A stretch of 61,642 nucleotides of DNA, the filler included, from Choristocarpus tenellus KU-1152 (taxonomy: Eukaryota > Protista > Phaeophyceae), in the NCBI GenBank assembly GCA_964200185.2. It is 7 parts of 7 records of this genome, joined end to end, with 100 filler letters (N's around TTAATTAATTAA, not from the genome) between each part and the next. Parts side by side here need not be neighbours in the genome. Positions count along the whole stretch, not along the records: positions 26,355 to 50,602 come from CAXNAD020000220.1; positions 50,703 to 57,887 come from CAXNAD020006573.1; 5 more parts are not named here. The stretch is one strand, 5' to 3'. Below are positions 37,235 to 53,427 of the stretch, piece by piece (position 1 is the stretch's first letter; each line of letters starts with the position of its first letter). The translations under genes and the position numbers were made by a program. The notes beneath the pieces were generated by a model. It saw nothing but the letters and a program-made list of their open reading frames with translations. It had not been told where the DNA came from and did not search any database.

Positions 37235-40131
37235 TTGCAGGTGTGCAAGCAGGCGGTTAAGCAGTTCAAAGGGATGGGATGGGAATGAATATTACAATAG
37301 GAGGGGTGTCACCCTTTCCATCAAAATCATCATTTCCACACATGCAACAAAAAGTGCTATTGATAGAGATACCAACCACCTCACATAACTCTTGTAGAAA
37401 ACATAGGTGAGCATCAGCAATGACAGGGTCTGTGCCACCAATAAAAAACTGGGATGAATGGAATGATACCAAAGGCGATGCTACTAACCCAAGACCAAGC
37501 AGATCACCATACAATCTCACCAGTAGGCTGGGCCACAATATACTCCCTGTCGAGCCCTCCTCCAACTTCTAATCACAACTAAGATACCTCATGCAAAACA
37601 TCTTTCAGAATCAATACCCCACAGTGATGGCATGCTATGGTCAACATATATTCCTACTTTCTCACCCAATCCCACGCTAAATTAATTACAAGAAACAACT
37701 CTGCCTCAAGTCCTGATTCCCCCATCCACTTCAAGAGCACACCAGCCAATCCCTAAACTCAATATATTCCAATCCCTCTCGACTTTGTTTACACAATGAA
37801 CAAGTTGTTGGACTCACCAAAGTTTCCACCTCAACTGTTTCACCACGGTGAAAACCAGACACCACTGTGCACCAGAGCCTCACACACAGCTTAGCAGGTG
37901 GGGCCAGACCACCTACTTCATTGTTAGAGCAGGAGGAGGACACAACAAACCTGTAAGCATTGGTCATGATTATAAATCCACTCAGTGTACAGTGCGTAAT
38001 ACACCCCTCTGCACAACTGAAAGCAAAATTCTCAAATAGCTGGATAAATTGGCACTATCCTATACAACACTGGTGCAGGATATCAATGTCCCCCAAAAAA
38101 TCGACTTCATTAATCGTGGAGAAACACCCTAATCACAACTGCAACAACCAAGTACCAAACTGTGTTCAAGAGTCCTTCATCTCCACAGACTGACAACCTT
38201 CCCTGCCTCACTGCCTTGGATGTGAGAATCATACACAAAAATAGAACAAAAAAATATCCACTCAAATATGTGTTTCTTCCATGCCACAGGATGACATGTT
38301 TGACATGTATGATACAATGTGACAATACGTAATATGAAGAGTGTATCTACTGGCCTGATCAACGCTACCGTATGAACACAGCTTGTCTCTGGTAATCACT
38401 ACATTTATTTACAAAGTGCTCACAGTGCACGAGACTGGAGAATGCAAAATCAACATCCAAAGGTTCTGACCTCTTGCTATGTCCAGGCGTGCCTGATCAC
38501 GGACAGCCTCCCCAACCTTACTTACGTCCCCTAAGCTAGGTCAACGAGTGCAGGGTCACCCAACTGGTTCGACTCTTAAGTACTGGTACAAATAAAGCAG
38601 TCTGCCGTGCTAATATTATGTTACTGTCCAACCACCAAGTAATATTGTAAGGAACACGAATTCTGGAAAATAGGGGGAATCAAACCCAAAACCTAGAGGG
38701 AGTAAACTCTCAGAACCTACTGGTGTGTTTTTCAATCCAATAAAAACTGGACTTGACGTTTACCTCATGATTGATGTACTGTGTCATCTAGGTATGGCAT
38801 ACAACACATGCACGTGCACCACTAACACTTGCAAGTATATGCCATGAAAGAGAGTAAAAAACGTGTACCTAAACCTACTGAAGCACTAACCTTTCCTTAC
38901 CTGGAATCCTGAGAGCAAGTCTTTAAGGGATGCAGCTTGAAAGGAAGCAGCCTAACACCGAAGAAGGCTGTGATCACATAATGAGTTGAGATGGAAAGGG
39001 AAAGGTATGTCAAGCAAAGCCTAGAAAGTGAGAGGTGTGTGACGCAGTCAATGGTACTGAATTGCAAGCTGAACGGCATTATATTCAGTCTACACCCAAC
39101 CAGGTAGGTCGGTATTGCACATAAGATGGAAGTTGTGAATATCTCATCCATGCACTTAAACGTAGCAATGGAAGGCGAAAGCAACTGCTCACATCTCGAA
39201 GGACTGCAGAGATAGATCCAATGAAATGCGGGGGCTCAACACATCCAGATAGGATCAGGAACTGTGGATTAATCACCTGATTAGGGTGGGAAGGTTTCGC
39301 CGCCCAACCTTCAAGGATCCACGCCACAAATATCACGATTGTAATCACTCACCAGCGTGGCGCAATAGCAAGTCACCTCTATATGTAGGAACAATCCTGA
39401 TGCAAGGGCAAAAGCAGAGTAGTTGCAATACAACGAACACAGCTTGTACTGCAGATAACCGTATCGATGGTTGAAGGTGAGGGGAGCACAATAAGGACTA
39501 ATAGTAACAAGGTGTAGCGATGCACTAAAACTGATTGATTACAAACAGTAGTGGTCCATGAACTTATGACGGAGTCAGAAAAAACAGGGATAAGGATGCC
39601 GAAAGTACATCCGCGAGGAACGTAGTGGACTGTGCGAATATATTGCCCGAGAGCAAGCTCAAGAGCAAGATTTAACCCAGCTTCCTTTGCAGTTGCAATG
39701 GGAACACAAGCCAAGTGCAAGACAAAGCGAGCAAGACACAAGTACAAACGCAAACAACCAACAACATCACCTATGATCAAGTTTGAAGGCTGCTGATCAA
39801 CAACTTATGATCGAAACTTCCCCTTTTAAAAATTACGCAGAGTCACTGCAACTATACAGGGTAAGAAGGCAAGAGGATGTCGGGGGGAAAGTGACCTAGA
39901 GGGAGAAAGAGCGAGAAGGATTTGCTTCCTTGCGAGGGTTTGGTAGTACAACAGACACAGAAAGTAGTAACTTCAGTAGTGTTAAATTTAGTGGAGGAAG
40001 ATAATTTAGCGTGGAGGCGTCGTCAGTAAAAAACAAAATGTTGTGTTACCTTGAACAGCAGCGGATGGTGTATATTGTGCCGTTGTCGGAGGAGTACCCC
40101 GTGCTGTGGTCAGGAGACGGAGGTAAAAGCC

Positions 40132-44456
<4,325 letters not shown>

Positions 44457-45854
44457 GATAGTCACTTGCTGCACTTTGAGACACGGCAGGGTGTAAAAAG
44501 CAGACTTGCTACTGTTTAGTGAGGCCTGGGAGTGCTTCAGATCAATACATATGAAGAGGAGTGAAGTTTTGTCTGCATCAAGGCAATGAGAAGATCCAAC
44601 TCAGATTTTGATGTTATCAGCTGGTGGAGTCACTGTGGTAGGGAAACTTCAGTATAGGTCACAGCTGTTCTCATTGGCAAACATAGTAGGGAGCACGGGT
44701 TGATATTCTTTTGAGTGTTCCCTGTATTCTCTACCAGCCCACTGTGATTATGTGATGCTACCATACTGCCAAGAACAATGTGGTAGAAAATGCACACAAC
44801 TCATTTACACTGGGTTTTCCATTAATCAAGTAGCATTATTTGCCTCGCGCCCAACTAATATGTGTTTCACCCAATTGAATGGGTAAGTTTGTCCAAAGCT
44901 ATCTAATTCTGCCGAGGGTTTTTCCCAACAGTGTATGGATTACTGACCTTGCACTTGCCTCTTTTTTTGGACCACCCTATTGAAGACATTTGAAGATGAT
45001 TGTTATTCACTCTCTGCTGTGGAATGGTGTTGTAACTCTGTTCAAAGCAATCTTCACAGTAGTGGCAACCAAAAATTCCTACAGGTGTTGTGTGGTGTCC
45101 TTTGTCCTCTGGTCTGGTAAGTCCACTGAGAAATCACAAGACAAGAATATGACGTTTCAGTACATTTTTATTATTAGTCAACTCTTTTACCTGATGTATT
45201 AGACTTCACAATGCCTTCTCATCTCTTTTTTTACCCTCTATATACTATGCCACCAGTGTTGCATCACTATTAATAATGGATCACAAAATTGTAGGTTGTG
45301 AACTGACTTCATCCTAATGTCCAGAATCAATCGATCAGACCCCCATTGAATGATGGGATGGTTGTATCCCAAGATACAAGAAGTACAACTGCAGGATATA
45401 ATGCCACGAAGGGGAAGAACAATACAAATATATCATGCATACTGACCTTCATACTATTATACACCCAGTATTTAAGGGTGTGTGTGGTCCATGGAAAGTA
45501 GGATGCATATTCACAAGTACATCAACAAAGGAATAGAATTTCATGAGTATTAGGTATTGAAATGATATGAAATGTTGTATGGCTGTTAGTAGTCTTCAAG
45601 TTTGAATTATGAGAAATTATATTCTTTGAACATGCTCCTCCTTCCTCCTGAAAGAGCATCATATCGAGCCAAACTAATGTCTTCACTGGAGGAAATGACT
45701 GATCTTTGCAACACTTCAATCTGTTGATTGATGTCACCCATACGAGGGTATGTTGATACATGGACATTGGAAAATCATGATGCTATGCTGCATAAACCAT
45801 GTACGCTGATTGATCCAAACAGAGTCCATGTGAGTAAAAACCCAAAGCATTGAA

Positions 45855-45990
45855 GAGGGTGGGGGTTTTGCCATGGCTTCCGAGGGGTTTTTTAAGTGAA
45901 CACAATTACCTAAAATGTGTATGACTATGAAAGGTGTGTCCAGAGCGAGGAAGTTGATATTTAGAACGCCAATTTTGATAGAAAATGAGA
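45855..45990 (+). mobile_element. Highly decayed relative of MITE family A (internal part)
   Basis: aaaatgtgtatgactatgaaaggtgtgtccagagcgaggaagttgata resembles family A aaaatgtatacgttatgaaaaggtgtgtccggaacaaggatattgaca; no TIR seen. Confidence 0.45.
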
Positions 45991-48162
45991 GATAGCTATA
46001 CACAGAAGAATTAGTGCTGCTAATTTTCTTACACCTTACCAAAATCATCAGCATGAAGGCATCCACAAACAGGAGCCAGGGTCAGTTCTTATTTTAAGTC
46101 CATGGCAAGGCAATTGACAATGGGGCGCTGCTATGTGGTTAGTGTGTTCCACTTATCAACAATTAGAGGGTGGGTTGCAATTCTGTAAGGGATGTAGGAA
46201 GGTGCCAGACCACTTACGTGATCAAACATTTTGTGTGTGCAAGGGTTTCAGCTCACTATGTGCGAAGCTTACTTCCCTCTGTATTCTGGAGGAAAGGTAT
46301 GCCGAGGTTGAAGAATGAACTCTGGCATCATATCCAGGTCATGCCCAGCTTCTAGTCCCTAATGCTGGGGGTGCTGACTCATCAAGCGTAATGGCAAATG
46401 AGGCAAAAGCGCACACATACAAGAATGTCCCAAGAAACAATAATAGCCTAGAGGGGGCTACGGAGGAATTCAGACCATCACAGTGCAGTGTACACTGAAT
46501 TTCCCCAGGGGGTGATGAAGTTGAATGGTACAGGAACAAACAAGCCTACTCCCCACATAGATACTTAAAAGAAAGAGTTTTTTTTACTACTGTGATTGAT
46601 GTTGTGTTGCATGGACCAAACGTAATGGGTAGGACTCTACAAGGTAAAGTGAAGGGGCATATCACAATGGTAAGAAATGGTGTACCGTGTATAAAACAAT
46701 ATGCATGCACCAAACACAATAGCAGCAGAAGACCTCTATGAAGTAGAATCTGTGTCCAGAAGAAGTGGCAATATACTTATCACCATTTACCGAAATTATT
46801 TGTATGCATGCATGCCATGTGGAAAGACAGGGCTTTGGGTTTTAAATCATACTAGTTAGACTGGGGTAAGCGAGGTAATGACTTGTTCTCCTTACCTCTG
46901 TGGATTTATACAGTGCAATAATAAATGGGTAGTAGTCATAGATATTAGTTACTCACCCTATTAGTTGGGCATCGTTAACCTACTGATTTAATGATGGTGG
47001 ATATGTGTGTTCCTTTCTGCTAGTTGCTCTTTTCTTGGTTCACTGGCTGAAGAGCTCACAGAGAAGGGGAAAGAAAAATCACTCCAGTAGTTTACATCCA
47101 ACTCTCATCGCGCAACTTCTCTCAGAAAAAAATGACTACGACTAAAAGGGTGACAATGCGGAACTTGAGATCTTAAAATCACTATGATAAAAATGGATCA
47201 CATACATGGAACCAATAATATTAATTAATACTTGGAAGTACTGAGTATGACCCCTACTACTAGCTAGCAGTAGTACCAGCGATCTAGTTCTGACGTTTTT
47301 CCTTCTGTTTCGTCGTATTGAGTCTATTGGCGCTCTCTCCGCAGCAGGTAAGTAGATGTTTCTTGGCTTGCATACAACAACATTATTGCCTAATTTCTGT
47401 GATGAATTGGCTGGGGGGGCTATTTGGCAGATCTGGGCCTCCGGAACAGGCTCATTGGCAGATCATGTTGTAGTAGCAGTTCACGATCCTTTTCTACAAG
47501 AGTATTTCTGAGAACTCTTTCTTTGTCCAGTCCTTGCCTTATTTTATCCTTGTTTTATCCCAGGACAGGTGGAGGTACGGTTGCCCCCTCTGACGAGATT
47601 GCCTCTGGCAACCGTCGCCGTTGAGTCTGCCTTGAGCATTACTATTATCGTTAAAATTAATACCCTGGAGAATTGCGTAGTAGTAGCATTGTTCTAGCTG
47701 CAGCAAGTTCATTCCACGAATTGGTGATGATATCAACATCGTGTAGAACACACTTTGGTGAGTAGGTGCACGCCAAATTTCTGGTTCCTCTGAAACAGAA
47801 ACATTTCAATGAGTATGACAGATTGTAGAGTTAATAATAACAAAAGTAAGTTCATAGATTAAATAGGCACCAATTACAAAGAAACAGTGAAGATGGACCG
47901 TGCACTCACTAAGAAAACAGTTGAATTTTGACTACATAATGGAAGGATGAAGTCATATTGTAGACACAATAAGTGTCAATATGTGGTAGCAATTCGTGTT
48001 CACCTATCAGATTGTATCAACTATCGTCGTATGGAAGACCTCTCCTCCATTTTGACCCGCATTACCATAGGAGGGTTGTGTGCGACAGGATTGCTGGCAT
48101 TGACGTCATGTCCAACAGGGCTTTCCTTCCTACTCTTCAACAAGGGAACCCCATAGTGACCA

Positions 48163-48425
48163 GAGTGAAAGTATCTTAGAGGGTACGAGTTTTCCCCTAT
48201 TTGTCCATTTGGGGCTTGGCATCCCATGGGGTTTTAAATGACATTTTTCTACTCCAAAGTGTTTCGGAGTAGGTAAAATGTATACGTTATGAGAGGGTGT
48301 GTCCGGAACAAGAATATTGACACTTCCTATCAAATAAGATAGACGAAAATTACATCAAAATCGCAACATTGGATTTTGGTCCTCCCCAAATGGACGCGGC
48401 CCTACCCTCTAAGATACTTTGACTC
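48163..48425 (+). mobile_element. MITE family A copy 5
   Basis: Near-perfect TIRs GAGTGAAAGTATCTTAGAGGGTA / TACCCTCTAAGATACTTTGACTC; 4-bp TSD ACCA. Confidence 0.95.
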
Positions 48426-48696
48426 ACCATCCCCAACTCAGAGTCGTTTTGTGGCAGTACATTTTTTTGCAAGTATATGCTCACTCTTGTTCTTAATCTG
48501 TACACTCGCTATTTTTCGTACGTCAAGAAGTTTGCGTTTTTTTGGACAACACGTTGGATATTGGCCCCTCCTTGGACTAGTGATATGGTCCTAATACTTG
48601 AGGCAATGCTTGTCAGTATTTGGGGGGAGTAGACTTTATTGGTGAAATATTATCTTTCTTTTCCGTGTTTTTTTCACTTCCGGTTGAGCATTAAAT

Positions 48697-48875
48697 GACT
48701 GAAAGTATCTGGGGGGGGTAGCGGCTGTCCATCCGGGACCCATTTTTTCATGTCATGATTTTTGGATGATATGGTTGCATGTGTCGGATGGATGATGTAA
48801 GTGCACTTCTCCTGATCCTGGGCCTGAATGGACACCCTGGTGTAGACCCCCCCCCTCCCCCAGATACTTTGAGCC
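48697..48875 (+). mobile_element. MITE family B copy (diverged)
   Basis: GACTGAAAGTATCTGGGG...CCCCAGATACTTTGAGCC; TSD imperfect. Confidence 0.88.
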
Positions 48876-50283
48876 AACATTTGATACAGTTCAATAGTTG
48901 CCGTGGCTAAGATGTTACACATATAGGTATTATGTGAAACGTAAAAAAAGTCATGTTATGGCAAGACAAGTGTTGAATTGACAAACGCAGAATTGATATT
49001 CCCCCTTTCCAAATACAAAGTGACACCAGAATTTATCGAAGGCTCTTTTCTACAATTGTACAAAATGACACAATTTTGCCCTTTCATGGGACACTTAAAT
49101 TGTAACTTTACCTAGCTCTCGAATAGATTGACTCATATGACTTCCCAAGGTGTGGAGATTCTCCTTTTTTGTCCTCCGTTTTTTTTTGTTCTTTTCTATT
49201 GTGAATCGTAGCAACTGAATCGGTCCGATTCAATTAAATCGGAGCCTAGTCGAAACCGAAAATCTTGGGATCGATTTTCGGTTGTTTTCTTTCCTCCCTG
49301 ATTATTTGGAGGACAGAAGGATAAACCCAACATATGCACACAGAAAATTACCAAAGCACCATATAAACGTACGTAGAACTGCAAAATAATCCATTATGTA
49401 CTTAGGTCCTTGGTAAGGGTGGATTTCTACACAACTATAACATTCACCCATCTGGAGGATATGCCCTTCCTCATGTGGAAGATGACGGCAAGGAAGGTGA
49501 AGGGTCAGGTGAAGATGCGGAATCTGCCTTGAAGGCAAATAGTGATTCATTGATGGTTAAGTTGGGCCATTGCTGGAGGAGGAAGACCGCCATATCGCGA
49601 ACTACCATCGCATTGATCCACATTTATTTGGAGGCAATGGCTGGAAATACTGTGTTTATATGGGAAGGGATGAGAGATGCCAAGAAATCAGCTCCGGCCA
49701 CTGTAGCGCCTATTCAAAGCCTAGGCAAAGCAAGGGGCGCTTGGAGGAGATGTGCAGGATGTGGAGGATTGAGCCGAACAAAGTGATGCTGGATGTGTAG
49801 CAACTTGCTGATGGTCCACTTGTTATATAATATTCCATGGTGGACTGCTCCCTGTATGTTAAATCTGCCGCCATTCTTAAAGAAAACGCTGAGAGTCACC
49901 CACAATGTAATCAACATTTGAGTGGGAGGCGATCCAGTTGGAATAGGAATGTACTCCGAGAAAAGAGTAAAACAAAAATAGGAAGTTCTTCCAGAAGGAA
50001 TGAAGTATAGAAGCCACCTATCACCTATCAAACCTGTTCACAGAGACTGTGCAATGTCTTTCGAGATATAGTCTCTATCACGCATAACCCATTCCTTCTT
50101 CCTTCACATCACATGCGTGACAGCGTCTCTGGTTAACCCCATTATCATCTATGGTATATGAGTGGAGCTTGGTCAAAGCAGTGCAAGCCTACAGCACGTT
50201 CAAAGTCACCAGCTCTGAACAGGTCGAAGCGAAAAATGCTGTATGCCAGAGCACCACCAAGTGCCATGTTATGTGATTTGGAG

Positions 50284-50340
50284 TATGACCTTGAAGTCCT
50301 AGGTTTTATATATTTGTACTTCTTAACTACTTATTTACTT
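50284..50340 (+). repeat. Fragment of the foldback-element arm
   Basis: tatgaccttgaagtcctaggttttatatatttgtacttctt matches 56283-56323. Confidence 0.7.
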
Positions 50341-50541
50341 CGAAGTATTGTGTAGTAATTATGAGATCATGCACTCAGCTTGATGAGTGGTTGTTCAGTC
50401 CTCTATATATTCCCCAATGAAAACCATAATAGTGAATAATATGTCTTGAGAGATACATATATTTAACGGCATATTATCCTTTATGGCGCCCTCTACGGGC
50501 CTGGTCATCCACGCACAGCCTTGTGGATTAGAACTGCATAT

Positions 50542-50602
50542 GGCTCAAAGTATCTGGGGGGGGGGCGGTGGCTGTCCATTTGGGGTCAATTTTTTCATGT
50601 CG
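50542..50602 (+). mobile_element. MITE family B left end truncated by contig end
   Basis: GGCTCAAAGTATCTGGGGG...GGCTGTCCATTTGGGG then gap. Confidence 0.88.
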
Positions 50603-50702
50603 NNNNNNNNNNNNNNNNNNNNNNNNNNNNNNNNNNNNNNNNNNNNTTAATTAATTAANNNNNNNNNNNNNNNNNNNNNNNNNNNNNNNNNNNNNNNNNN
50701 NN
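50603..50702. other. Artificial contig linker
   Basis: N-TTAATTAATTAA-N, 100 nt. Confidence 0.97.
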
Positions 50703-50827
50703 CAAACAACTCTTTTTTTTTTTTATTTTTCAAATCCGGTATGTGTGACCAAATCACACCAAAAAAGTGAAAATCGAAACAAGGGGGAAAAACAGATGCC
50801 GACACCCCCCCCCAGATACTTTGACCC
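50703..50827 (-). mobile_element. Divergent family B-related element end, reverse orientation
   Basis: Ends CCCCCAGATACTTTGACCC|AAAT; internal part loosely matches the reverse complement of the family B left arm. Confidence 0.75.
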
Positions 50828-51049
50828 AAATATCATACCCATTCTGCTCAACCAAACAGCACCGATCAAGTACCATATCAAGGGAAAAGGAAATAAAAAT
50901 AATTTAGTCCAAAAAGAGATAAAGAAGAAAAGTGTCAAGTAGGCAGTTGTGAGTACGTATGATGCTGCCTAGGCTAACTTACCTGCTGCTATGATGCATA
51001 AGACACATCCGCTATCACACCCTCTCTGGCACACCACTCTTCCCTTTGC

Positions 51050-51650
51050 CCCATCAACCACGCTGTTGTACCACCTGCATTGATTGGTTAAACCATTCTT
51101 TCCTTCCTCGACTGTGATACCCAAACTTCTCGAAGGTCATCTTCCCAGTCATATATCCATCTGTTTGTCTCCTGTCCACCTTGCTCCTGTCTCCCATCTG
51201 CGAGTTTCCCAGACATCAATACCTTTGGAAGTTGCTCAATCTCCATTAGTGCGATACATTCTGCATACAGGACATTTTTTTCGCCCAGTCTTCACAAAAG
51301 CACCTTTGCAGGAGTGTGATCGGTGTGTCCCCGTATGCTAAGAAATCCGATGAAATCTTGATGATGATATCGAAGCCTCATATAGTTGTCGTGGCGGAGT
51401 ATCCATGCCACACAACCAAATAACAGGACCTTGAATATTTCAGTCTTCAGCAATTGAATCTTAAGCCCAAGTGACGCGGCTCTGATGCTCTGTCACAAAG
51501 CACTTGGCTGCGCTTGCAGAGACCTGCCCCAAACTTTCTTGTGTTCACGTCAGCTTTGTGTCTGATGGTGCCTTCAGGGTAGACAAATTTCAGTCAGGTT
51601 GTGGTGGTCGCCCAACACCCAGATCTGCATGATGACTGCAATCTTATTGT
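51050..51650 (-). mobile_element. Decayed 3' part of an RTE-clade LINE ORF
   Basis: Minus-strand fragments LKIQLLKTEIFKVLLFGCVAWILR, LMEIEQLPKVLMSGKLADG...GGQETNRWIYDWEDDLR resemble the post-RT region of RTE elements; stops and frameshifts. Confidence 0.72.
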
Positions 51651-52907
51651 AGAGGTCAGATTTTCTTCGTAGGAAATTTGACACAGATGGACAGGTAGTG
51701 CACTGGGAAAGTACACCTGTACCTTACACTATCTTGCCCTATACCACAATAAGAAGGGATGCACAGAAAGATCTAGATCGTGGCGACGAAGTTTTGTTAC
51801 CCACAAAGATAGTACGCACGAAATTCAAGGGAGGAGAGAGAATGGAAACAAATAGGATCGGTGAACTTAAGATGGGAGAAAAAACCAAGACCAGCCAATG
51901 GGCGGTGTAATCAGTGGTAGTGCAAAGTGGTCAGGCACCTCATGGGGTAGAGAGCCAAACCAATTAAAATGTACACAAGTTTGAACCCTTTTGTAATCTA
52001 AGTCATATTTCTTCCCCTGTATCATACACTCCTTTTCATTCGTTTATCTTCACAAAAAGTGTACTCAAAATTGAAATTCCTCTTTTCCACACACAAAGTG
52101 ATACCGCAATTCAGCAACGGCTCTTCCTGTAATTGTACAAAACGTTTTTTTTTTCCCTCTTCGTTTGATTCAGAAATAAATACCGGACTGTTCCAGATAA
52201 AAATAATTTTTTGACAAAAAACAATATCAGAACAATATATTGCATAAAGAATATGTGACTTCCTGGTATAATAGATCATTCTCTTCAAAATGTAATTGAT
52301 AAGTTAAGATATCATATTCTTTGAGAGCACATATGACGTATAAACATGCATGGAGAAAATACAGGTAGGACACTCTTAAACGCCTCGCAAGGTATGGAAC
52401 CCTTCTGTTTTTGTTCGTTTTGTCGTCGTGTTCCTTCTTTTTTGGTCTATTAATGCACAGTACGTGGGTACATTTTGTGTGTCGAGAGAAAGGTTGGTCC
52501 TCGCACATCTAGAAGTATACACGTCTAAATATGACGAAAATCCTATCTATATTCGTATATTTCGTAAGTATGGAGGTTGACCTGGTGTATTTAACATCTA
52601 AGTTGGTAAGTTGGGGACAGGGCTGAGCCTGATCATTTCAATCACTGTTCAAGTACCCATATCCAGAAGAGTTCCATGGTTTAGACTCAAGACTCCTTTT
52701 CGATGGTATAGACTCCTTACGGATTCATATAGGTCATATAGTCAGTTTTCGTAGTGTACTTTTTGCATGTTTTGTTTCCTTCCTCCCTTCATATTTCTTG
52801 TGTTTCCTACATGACGATACCTGCAACATGTTAAGAGGAAATATAGAACAATTAAGTTAGGGGCTAACTATGTGAGATAACGTTTTTCTTTCATCTCAAC
52901 TTCTAAA

Positions 52908-53427
52908 GAGTTCAAGTAATCGAGGCATATCGCGGTTTTGACTGTTAGCAGTTAAGTCCGTTTTGCAATATTTTGCTCTATTCACTCATAAATCTATGGG
53001 TGAGGTTTAAGTTTGACTTGAGAGCGTTTATTCCTCTATTGCTTGAAACGATTTGACACAATTTAGAAAATATCCTATACACATTTGAAAAAAAAAAAAC
53101 ATATTTGAGTGAAAGTATCTTAGAAGGTACGATTTTTTCCCTGTTTGTCCGTTTGGGGCTTGCTTCCCATGGGTTTTTTTATGACATTTTCCTACTCCAA
53201 AATATTTCGGGGTAGGTAAATTTATATGTTATGAAAAGGTGTGTCCAGAAAAAGGATGTTGACACTTCCTAACAAACACGATAGCCAAAATTGCATCGAT
53301 ATCACAACGTTGTATTTTGGCCCCCAAATGGACGCGGCTCTACCCTCTAAGATACTTTGGCTCATTTTGCACATATTTATCGCCATCCGCAAAAATGTAA
53401 CTCTATTGGTTATCCCGATAAGTTCTC
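52908..53427 (+). mobile_element. MITE family C copy 2, interrupted by a family A insertion
   Basis: GAGTTCAAGTAATCGAG start; collinear with 9530-9795 on both sides of the nested element; right end degenerate and approximate. Confidence 0.65.
53107..53363 (+). mobile_element. MITE family A copy 6 (nested in family C)
   Basis: TIRs intact; 4-bp TSD ATTT. Confidence 0.95.

Noticed and set aside
39379-39780. 133-aa hydrophobic minus-strand ORF
   Set aside because: No ATG start or recognisable motif; more likely 5' UTR or intron of the DPP gene
49254-49283. Hairpin AACCGAAAATC...GATTTTCGGTT as terminator or Helitron end
   Set aside because: Isolated; no CTRR end or second copy seen
49475-49800. 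ORFs ending RRCAGCGG, possible transposase zinc-finger relic
   Set aside because: Only one CxxC and no other motif; cannot be supported
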